Shown: piece after piece, positions 56,856 to 64,000 of the stretch
How the letters are laid out: every line of letters begins with the position of its first letter
Numbering within the stretch: the stretch's first letter is position 1
NCBI GenBank assembly: GCA_039931165.1
Contig: JBDTSL010000004.1
Span: 21,028 to 85,027, forward strand
Source: Candidatus Doudnabacteria bacterium
Lineage (GTDB): Bacteria; Patescibacteriota; Doudnabacteria; UBA920; O2-02-FULL-48-8
Length of the DNA: 64,000 nt
Direction: 5' to 3'
The notes under the pieces: model-generated
Seen by the model: the letters and a program-made list of their open reading frames with translations, nothing else
What the model was told of the DNA's origin: nothing
Database searches by the model: none
Position numbers and translations under genes: made by a program

Positions 56856-56908
56856 ATATTTTGGGTTAATTATGTAGCCTTTTCTTCTTTAGCAAGGCGG
56901 GCCGCCAA

Positions 56909-58276
56909 TTACCAACCGAACTGCTTGCCAACTTCTTCTGATGTCTCGCGCCGGCGCGCCAATTTGATCTCCCCGTTCTGGCAGATGATTTTTGCCGGAC
57001 TGGATAGCAGGCAATGATGCGAAGCCAGAGGGTCTTGATAAGCGCCGGTGTCATAAAACGCCACGTACAAGTCCTCGCCGTTTAGGTCCTCCATGCGCGG
57101 CATAAAAATATTACCGCCGCCAGACGTATATCTGTCGTCGGAATCACAGCTAGAACCGGCAAACCACACTGATTGCAGTTTATTTTCCTTCATATAATTG
57201 ACCGGGGTCACGTGCCATTTCCATTTGATCGACCAGGTATCCAGCAGGTCGTTCATAAAACTGCCGTCAATCACATACCACTTGCGTTTACTGCCCTCGG
57301 ACACGGCTTTTTCAGCGATGATCTTATAAATTGTGATCTGCGCCGGTGAAGCGACATATCTTCCCCATTCCACGATCAGATTGGGGTGCTTCAGGTTATT
57401 TTTATCGCAGAATTTCTTGGCCACGCGCACGATCTGATTGATCGCGGTCTTCGCCGAATAGAACTTTCCCTTCTTTTCATAGGGAACGCCGGCGCCTCCG
57501 CCCAGATCGATCGTATCCAGCCCGGGATTGGTTTTTTTCAGTTCTTTAAAAATTTCCAAAGCCCGCTTGAACGGATGAACCAGGCCGTCTACGCGTTCTA
57601 TCTGTGAGGAGATATGATAGTGCAAAACACTCAAATTCCTGATCTTGCCGATTTTCAAAATTTCGTCCTCTTGAAACCCATAACGGTTAAAATGTTTATC
57701 CCAATGAGATCTGACCTTGACATTCATATTCAGACGGATACCGGTTTCGCCTTTGAATTTTTTGAACCGCTCAAGTTCTTTATAATCTTCAATGATCGGA
57801 ATGACCGTAAGTCCTTTGGCTTTCAGCTCTTCGATCAGTTTAATGTAGGCCTCATTTTTCGGCCCGTTGCAGATTACGCGGATCTTAGGGTTGAATTTTT
57901 CCTGCTCGAGCATGCGCTTGACCAGCCATAATTCATTCACGGAAGCCACATCGAAATGCCCACCTTCGGAAACGACAGGCAATACGAATTCCTTGTTCTG
58001 ATTGACCTTCATGGCGTAGTGGTAATAAAACCGGCCTTTATAGCCATGCAGCTTGATGTAGGCGTTGAAAATGTCGATCAGATCGCGGACTCGGCTCTCC
58101 AAAATGTGGGGGAAGACAACCTCAAGAGGCGAACCGTATTTTTTTATGAGTTCGAAAATATTGTATTGGTAATTTCCTTCTTTGACGACCAGCTTCCCGT
58201 CCCTGGTGATGTCAAATGGTTGAGTATTGTACTCCTCGACTCCGAGTTTCCAAAACCGTTTGAAATTTTTTTGCAA
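56909..58276 (-). CDS. PLP-dependent fold-III (Orn/DAP/Arg) decarboxylase, probable biosynthetic arginine decarboxylase
   Basis: HYAMKVNQN (PLP-lysine), DLGGGAGVPY, and SSCDSDD (EsGD-like) motifs; the N-terminus resembles the SpeA PLEVVFPHILESRV region. Confidence 0.55.
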   Translation of the reverse strand: MQKNFKRFWKLGVEEYNTQPFDITRDGKLVVKEGNYQYNIFELIKKYGSPLEVVFPHILESRVRDLIDIFNAYIKLHGYKGRFYYHYAMKVNQNKEFVLPVVSEGGHFDVASVNELWLVKRMLEQEKFNPKIRVICNGPKNEAYIKLIEELKAKGLTVIPIIEDYKELERFKKFKGETGIRLNMNVKVRSHWDKHFNRYGFQEDEILKIGKIRNLSVLHYHISSQIERVDGLVHPFKRALEIFKELKKTNPGLDTIDLGGGAGVPYEKKGKFYSAKTAINQIVRVAKKFCDKNNLKHPNLIVEWGRYVASPAQITIYKIIAEKAVSEGSKRKWYVIDGSFMNDLLDTWSIKWKWHVTPVNYMKENKLQSVWFAGSSCDSDDRYTSGGGNIFMPRMEDLNGEDLYVAFYDTGAYQDPLASHHCLLSSPAKIICQNGEIKLARRRETSEEVGKQFGW

Positions 58277-58514
58277 CTAGATCTTTCGGGATTGTCCGCC
58301 GACGCGTCCTCCGAAGCTTTTTGCGTAGGAGGAAATTATGAAACGAAGACGGAAAAAAATAATATCAAGTTTATTTTAAACCTATTGTTCAGGTTGTCAA
58401 GCCGGATAGTAGAAATTTGACAGCCTTCGGCTTAACAAAATCAAATTTCACTACCCGATACTCGTCCGGTAGTGAAGTTCGATTATTTTTTTGCGCAAGC
58501 GAATCTAACTTCTA

Positions 58515-58853
58515 CTAACGGATTTTTCCTTTTGCTGTCCGCGCGCCCCGGCGGTATTGCGTGGTTTTTTTGTCTTTGAATTTGGCGATCTGTTCTTTCA
58601 GCTTTGGGATACATAGGTCAACCGCCGCGTAAATATCTTCAGCCTCAGCGTCCGCTCTCATCAGCTTCCCGCCCATGACCAGCATGATTTCCGCCCGGAA
58701 AACCTCGCCTTTATGATGGTGGCGGTCCCGCTCCAACTCAACCTTGCCCTCTAAAGTATGGATATATTTACTCAAATTCCCGACTTTCTCATCCACATAC
58801 CGCTTGATGGGAGAGGTTAGTTCCAGATGTGTTGCTTTAATGGCGATGTTCAT
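58515..58853 (-). CDS. hpf: ribosome hibernation promoting factor (HPF/RaiA)
   Basis: MNIAIKATHLELTSPIKRYVDEKV N-terminus characteristic of S30AE/HPF. Confidence 0.8.
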   Translation of the reverse strand: MNIAIKATHLELTSPIKRYVDEKVGNLSKYIHTLEGKVELERDRHHHKGEVFRAEIMLVMGGKLMRADAEAEDIYAAVDLCIPKLKEQIAKFKDKKTTQYRRGARTAKGKIR

Positions 58854-59137
58854 AGTTTTACGAATTTACTGATTATCACAAAATGACTTATTTTTTTCTA
58901 TGTTTTGTTTTGGCGTCTCTTATGATCACAGCGCCGGAAATTTTTTTAATGATCAGTCTTTGCTTAGTGCGCCAGCCAAGCGCCTGGATGATTGCCGCGG
59001 GGATCACAACCGACCGGGACCTCGATGCGCCAACGCTGGTAAGCTTCCTGATTTTACTTTTAGGCATATAGGTTGCTCCATATTTTAGTCATGAGCAGAG
59101 TCATGAGCAATAAATTAATTTGGTAATTATTATGTCT

Positions 59138-60514
59138 TTATTCTACCAGTTTCCTGGCCAACAAATCAATATCTCCGGCGCCCATCATAAGTACAGCGTC
59201 GAAATCCTTTATTTTATCCCTGATCAGCGTTTCTGCTTCGTCTAAATTTTGCGCAAAAGTTGCTTTCACATTTCGCAGGACAAGCTCACGGGCCAGATCA
59301 TTGGAACTGATCTGCTCTCCGTGCTCGCGCCCGGCCACGTCAAATATCTCCGGTAATATAACTTCATCGGCTATGAGCAGCGATTCGATAAATTCCCCGA
59401 ATAAAGACTTGGTTCTGTTTCTGTGATGGGGTTGAAATACGACCAGGATTTTCTTATCGGGATAAAACTGCTTTGCGGCTTCGATCGTGGCAGTCACACC
59501 AGCGGGATGATGGGCATAATCGGAAATTACAACTTTTCCGTCCAGCCTGCCGACAATTTCAAACCTGCGCCAAATGCCGGCATAATTTTCCAAAGTTTGC
59601 GCGATTGAAGCGGGTTCAACAGAAAGCTTGAGTCCAGCTAAAATCGCTCCCAAAGCGTTTGAAACATTAAATAAGCCGGGTACTTGCAACTGAAAAGTTC
59701 CGATTTTTTCGTCATTTAGATGCAAATCAAAAGTTTGACTGCCCCCTGCGCCCTGCCCCCTGACCCCTAAATTTAAAGCCTGCAAATCCGCGTAATGGCG
59801 GATTCCAAATGTAAACTTGTGACAGGTCGCGTGCTTGCCTACATCAACGGCATTATGGTCATCGGCGTTATAAATCAGAATTCCGTCTGAGGGCAACGAT
59901 TTAATGTATTCGGAAAAAGCCCGTTTGATGTCTGACAAATCCTTATAGTAGTCCAGGTGATCTTCCGCGACGTTGGTCAAAACGATCATCTTCGGCTTGT
60001 TCTCCAGCATTTTTCGGGCGTATTCATCAGACTCGGCGACGAAAAACCGCCCCAAGCCCATGCGGGCATTGGCTTTAAATTTATCGCTTTCATTTTTGGG
60101 TGAAAGCAATGAGCCGATCAGCACCGTGGGGTCCAAGCCGGCATTTTCCAAGATCTTTCCCAAAATCGCGGAAGTTGTGGACTTGCCGTTGGTTCCGGTC
60201 ACTCCAATGCCGTATTTATCTTCCATGAGCCGACCCAAGGCCTGACCCTGGCTCAGTTTGGCAATGTTTATCTTATCAAGTTCTTCCGCCGGCACGGCGG
60301 GGGTATAAATCACCAGATCAGGACTGCCTTCCACAATGTTAGAACCGAAGGAAATTTTAATCCCAAGTTTAACCAGGTCCCGGGTAATTTCCGATTCTTT
60401 CAGATCCGATCCGGAAACATTTTTTCCCATTGCAAAAAGCAGACGCGCAAGTCCTGAAACACCAATCCCGCCTATTCCCAGACAGTAAATATTTTTTGCT
60501 TCTTTGATCGTCAT
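59138..60514 (-). CDS. murC: UDP-N-acetylmuramate--L-alanine ligase
   Basis: IYCLGIGGIGVSGLARLL...GSDL N-terminus and Mur ligase central domain GTNGKSTT. Confidence 0.9.
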   Translation of the reverse strand: MTIKEAKNIYCLGIGGIGVSGLARLLFAMGKNVSGSDLKESEITRDLVKLGIKISFGSNIVEGSPDLVIYTPAVPAEELDKINIAKLSQGQALGRLMEDKYGIGVTGTNGKSTTSAILGKILENAGLDPTVLIGSLLSPKNESDKFKANARMGLGRFFVAESDEYARKMLENKPKMIVLTNVAEDHLDYYKDLSDIKRAFSEYIKSLPSDGILIYNADDHNAVDVGKHATCHKFTFGIRHYADLQALNLGVRGQGAGGSQTFDLHLNDEKIGTFQLQVPGLFNVSNALGAILAGLKLSVEPASIAQTLENYAGIWRRFEIVGRLDGKVVISDYAHHPAGVTATIEAAKQFYPDKKILVVFQPHHRNRTKSLFGEFIESLLIADEVILPEIFDVAGREHGEQISSNDLARELVLRNVKATFAQNLDEAETLIRDKIKDFDAVLMMGAGDIDLLARKLVE

Positions 60515-60623
60515 ATTTTGATCTTAAACAAATAACGCATTTGCGAGGAGGCCTTATTGAGGTTTAACTTTGCGGCCGACGAAGCAATCTTCTACGTTTA
60601 GACTGCCGCGCAACCGCCAATGC

Positions 60624-61628
60624 TTAAGCTTGAGAATAGCGGTCGCTCGCAGATTCGATTTTTTCTGATTTTTCAACTTTATAATTTTCGATTAGTTTTC
60701 TGATCTGCGGAACTGCTTCCTCTGCGGCTCTCCGGCCCTCCAAATAAATTTTTTCCAAACTGCTAAATTCGGTCTTGCCGAAATGTTTGACTTTCGGCTC
60801 GATCATCAGATCGCATGCTATATGAGACTCGTCCCATTGCTCCTCGATCTCGAACGAATGATCGATGGCCTTGGACAAAACTGACATAACTCCGGGAATT
60901 TTAATATCTTCTTCTTCCAAAATATCGGATTGGGAATCTATCCTAAACAGTAGTCTTGGCGATAATTTTGGGATGACCTTCTCCCGGATGAACTGCAAAC
61001 CCGTGAGCCGGGTCAGAAATCTGTACCCACGCCATATCGGCATCCTTTTTTCATAAATGAACTTAGTTGCCGCGAGATTGACCCCGATCACTATATCCGC
61101 TCCCATTTCTTTGGTCGGCAAGGTCGGCACAATATTGACCAAGCCACCATCCACCAGAACATGCTTGTCCCAAATCACAGGTTCGAATAAACCGGGAACC
61201 GCGACACTGGCCTTGAAAGCCTTGTTCAAACTGCCGGTGGTCAGGGTCACCAATTCCCCGGTATTGATATCGGTCGCGGAAAACCCCAATTTCGGATGCT
61301 GAATGTCTTCAAAGTTCAGATTTTTGGTAAAGCCATTCAACTCTTCGCTCATTTTGTCTCCATGCAGATGGAATAATGCCCCTTTAGCCTTGTGGGTGGA
61401 CCAGAGCCGCAGCATTTTCGGAAAGGTCAGCGTATACATAAATCTTTTCAGTTTGTCCATCGTGCCCAACGCGAAACTGGCACCGGTCAGCGCGCCGGAT
61501 GAGCATCCGACAATATAATCAATCGGAATATTTTGCTCACGCAGAACTTCCAGCACGCCTATGTGGGCAACAGCCCGGCCTGAAGCGCCAGATAAAGCGA
61601 TCCCGATTTTTGGTTTATAATTGTTCAT
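60624..61628 (-). CDS. patatin-like phospholipase
   Basis: GIALSGASGRAVAHIGVL (oxyanion) and GCSSGAL (GxSxG nucleophile), with a DGG catalytic Asp. Confidence 0.8.
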   Translation of the reverse strand: MNNYKPKIGIALSGASGRAVAHIGVLEVLREQNIPIDYIVGCSSGALTGASFALGTMDKLKRFMYTLTFPKMLRLWSTHKAKGALFHLHGDKMSEELNGFTKNLNFEDIQHPKLGFSATDINTGELVTLTTGSLNKAFKASVAVPGLFEPVIWDKHVLVDGGLVNIVPTLPTKEMGADIVIGVNLAATKFIYEKRMPIWRGYRFLTRLTGLQFIREKVIPKLSPRLLFRIDSQSDILEEEDIKIPGVMSVLSKAIDHSFEIEEQWDESHIACDLMIEPKVKHFGKTEFSSLEKIYLEGRRAAEEAVPQIRKLIENYKVEKSEKIESASDRYSQA

Positions 61629-61703
61629 TTACCCCACACCAAAAAAAATTATTTGAATAAATATTTTTCATCGTCAGTACTTTAATATACATAGGCAGCG
61701 GCG

Positions 61704-62816
61704 TCATTCTCCTTGATTGGTGTGGGGGTGAACTTGCTTAATCACAACCTTGGCGAGAAGCATGGCGGCATCTTTGGGCATTAATTTTGAGATATTCCGG
61801 CTCAAAATGCCGGTTTGCGCTTGATTAAATTTCAAATTGTTGATAACTCGAGCCAAATTATCTGTCGTAGCCTCATCTCGTGATAATACGGCGGCTGAGT
61901 GCGCCTCCTGCAATATTCTAGCATTATCTTCCTGATGAGTATTGGGCATGGGAATAATGATCGCCGGCTTGCCCAGCGCTGAAAGCTCCGCGATGGTGGA
62001 CAAGCCCGCTCTGGCCACGACCAAATGCGCCAGCTTTAGAATTGCCGCGTATTCTGGAAAAGCAAGAAATTCAAAAGGAAGATAATTTCGGCTGGAAAAA
62101 GTCACACTATTTTTATTTTTGCCGGTTATATGCACGACCTGATGTGTTTTTACCAAAACAGGCAAAATTTCTCCTATCAGCTGATTGATCTGCTTAGCGC
62201 CGGTAGCACCCCCTAAAACCAATAGGATCGGCAGCTCTTCGTGCAGATTAAAAAACTTTTTGGCATCAACGGCGGAATTGAACAAATCCGGCCTGACCGG
62301 ATTGCCAACCCATTGGGCGGCGGGTTTTAATCTTTTTTCAAACAAACCCGAGCCCGAATAAAATTCCTTGCTGGTTTTTTCAAAAGCCGTGGTGATCTGG
62401 TCGGCAATCGGCGAAATTAGTTTATTCGCCAAACCGATCCGGGCGTCCTGCTGATGGATCACTATTTTGGCGCCATAAAGCCTGGCGGCCCAAGCCACAG
62501 GGACCGCGACAAACGAACCGGCCGAAAATACCACATCCGGCCGGAATTTTCGGACAATTCTTAATGATGACAAGAATCCTGTTATCAATACAATAGGAGC
62601 GAATAAATTTTGGATCGTAAAAAACCGGCGCCATCTCGCTGCGGGAATGGATACGAATCGGATATTGGCCGGTTCAACCATGGCTCTGTCCGGCCCGGTT
62701 CGAGTTCCCACGAACAAAAATTCCGTCTTCGGCCGGAGTTTTCTGATTTCCATAGCCACGGCAATAACCGGTGTTACCGGACCGCCCGTGCCGCCGCCTG
62801 CTAAAAGTATTTTCAT
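61704..62816 (-). CDS. murG: undecaprenyldiphospho-muramoylpentapeptide beta-N-acetylglucosaminyltransferase
   Basis: MKILLAGGGTGGPVTP N-terminus and GT28 C-terminal domain. Confidence 0.9.
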   Translation of the reverse strand: MKILLAGGGTGGPVTPVIAVAMEIRKLRPKTEFLFVGTRTGPDRAMVEPANIRFVSIPAARWRRFFTIQNLFAPIVLITGFLSSLRIVRKFRPDVVFSAGSFVAVPVAWAARLYGAKIVIHQQDARIGLANKLISPIADQITTAFEKTSKEFYSGSGLFEKRLKPAAQWVGNPVRPDLFNSAVDAKKFFNLHEELPILLVLGGATGAKQINQLIGEILPVLVKTHQVVHITGKNKNSVTFSSRNYLPFEFLAFPEYAAILKLAHLVVARAGLSTIAELSALGKPAIIIPMPNTHQEDNARILQEAHSAAVLSRDEATTDNLARVINNLKFNQAQTGILSRNISKLMPKDAAMLLAKVVIKQVHPHTNQGE

Positions 62817-62825
62817 AAGTATGAA

Positions 62826-63944
62826 CTATAACCTATCACCTATAACCTCATTATAAAGCTTAATAGTCTGCTCTGCAGCTTCTTTCCAGCTGAAATGCCT
62901 GGACCTGCTCAACGCCAAATTAGCCAGTTCTTCCAGCCGCTGCGGGTTTTGTAAAAGCCGGTAAAGCACATCCGCCATGTTTGATAAATTTTCAGGGTCA
63001 AAATATTCCGCGCCCTGGCCCATGATCTCGCGAAGAGTAGGGATATCGGAACAGGCAACAGGGATGCCGCAGGCAGCCGCTTCAAGCGCTATCAAGCCAA
63101 ATCCTTCAATTAAGGAAGGTAAAACAAACAAAGTCGCCCCGTTATAAAGTTGATTTAAATCGGCATCGCTGACTCTTCCCAAGACCTTTACTCGTGATTT
63201 GTTTTTGATGCCCAAGACCTTTTCGGCGATGTCCGGATATGACGGATCAGACGCCCCAACCAAGACCAGCTCCAGGTCCATGCCTTTGGTGATAAGTATA
63301 TCAAATGCAAGGGAGAGCTGAGGCAAATTTTTATACCGGCGCCAAACACCTACGTTTAGTATATATGGCTTGCTGAACCCAAATTTATTGGACATGGCCT
63401 TATAGGCCTCCTGCTTATCAAGCATATGGTATCCCTGGCTGATTCCTTCATAGACCACGTTAATTTTATCTGCAGGAATTGGAAAATGCTCAAGAATGGA
63501 TTTTTTAGTGGCGTTGGAGACAGCGATTATTTTTTTGGAACGCCGGATCGCATTCCGCAAAATTAAGTTGTAAGCGATCCTGTGAAAAAAATGGGACTTT
63601 TTCCTGCCCGGAAACAGAGTATGCGTTAAATCGTGAATAGTCACAACAAACGGCCGGCGATAAAACAACGGCACGTTGAAATGCGGAAAATGAACCAAAT
63701 CAAGTTTTTCTCTTTTTAAAATTCCTGGAAATTTTAATTGTTCGGCAAATGAATAGTGCGGTATATCGGCAATCACAATTTTTTGGTTGTATTGTTTATA
63801 ATTCGCGGATTTATCGATGTCACGAAAAAATAAAATATATTGATTGGTTTTATCTTGCTTCAAAATCTCATGACTAAGATCGGTAATATACCGGTCTATC
63901 CCCGACCCCCCGCCGATCATGCGCAAATCCACACCTATTTTCAT
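62826..63944 (-). CDS. family 4 (GT-B) glycosyltransferase
   Basis: Two-domain GT-B architecture with C-terminal E-x7-E-like region (IEGFGLIALEAAACGIPV). Confidence 0.7.
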   Translation of the reverse strand: MKIGVDLRMIGGGSGIDRYITDLSHEILKQDKTNQYILFFRDIDKSANYKQYNQKIVIADIPHYSFAEQLKFPGILKREKLDLVHFPHFNVPLFYRRPFVVTIHDLTHTLFPGRKKSHFFHRIAYNLILRNAIRRSKKIIAVSNATKKSILEHFPIPADKINVVYEGISQGYHMLDKQEAYKAMSNKFGFSKPYILNVGVWRRYKNLPQLSLAFDILITKGMDLELVLVGASDPSYPDIAEKVLGIKNKSRVKVLGRVSDADLNQLYNGATLFVLPSLIEGFGLIALEAAACGIPVACSDIPTLREIMGQGAEYFDPENLSNMADVLYRLLQNPQRLEELANLALSRSRHFSWKEAAEQTIKLYNEVIGDRL

Positions 63945-64000
63945 GCCTTTTCTAATGAATTAAAATATTCTTTAACTTTATCTTGATGCCTCTTTATTGC

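Overview
The window reads as a compact, low-GC (roughly low 40s %) bacterial chromosome segment with tightly packed, often overlapping genes. Gene content and architecture suggest a small-genome Patescibacteria/CPR-like organism, but that is inference only. This is based on many short type IV pilin-like paralogues, separate secD/secF, a membrane H+-pyrophosphatase, a secreted nuclease and several small membrane proteins.

Recognisable housekeeping content:
- A thymidylate/dTTP block: dcd, a SAM methyltransferase, tmk, a CYTH-domain protein, thyA, folA, an HD hydrolase and a HAD hydrolase.
- prfB with its classic programmed +1 frameshift, then ftsE and ftsX.
- Ribosomal proteins L9 and L27, pyrG, a NifS-like cysteine desulfurase, gltX, def, fmt, murI, murC, murG, mnmA, secD, secF, secA, metK, maf and hpf.
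- A DEAD-box helicase, a V-type H+-PPase, tRNA-Gln(CUG), and a polyamine cluster (decarboxylase, deoxyhypusine-synthase-like protein, agmatinase).

Less ordinary content:
- A co-directional three-gene module (41993-46376). It encodes a sigma-70 region-4 + HARE-HTH-like protein, a membrane-anchored protein and a TraD/VirD4/HerA-superfamily P-loop ATPase with a disordered tail. The ATPase is preceded by a TAGAATA heptanucleotide tandem repeat immediately 5' of its start codon.
- An ApbE flavin-transferase / FMN-binding-domain / membrane FAD-NAD oxidoreductase cluster, suggesting an extracytoplasmic flavinylated electron-transfer module.
- Duplicated loci of near-identical pilin-like genes.
- Two paralogous membrane-anchored papain-fold (C39-like) peptidase-domain proteins.
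- Two CYTH-domain paralogues, one translationally coupled to an unannotated 50-aa Cys-rich ORF behind a perfect palindrome.
- A GC-rich (~58%) MaoC-like hotdog gene that looks horizontally acquired.
- Several structured or repeat-bearing noncoding regions: a 300-bp convergent intergenic region with a perfect 17-bp stem, recurring ATACT-rich about 28-nt motifs, and an orphan promoter-RBS-tiny ORF-terminator unit.

No rRNA, CRISPR array or obvious transposase was seen.
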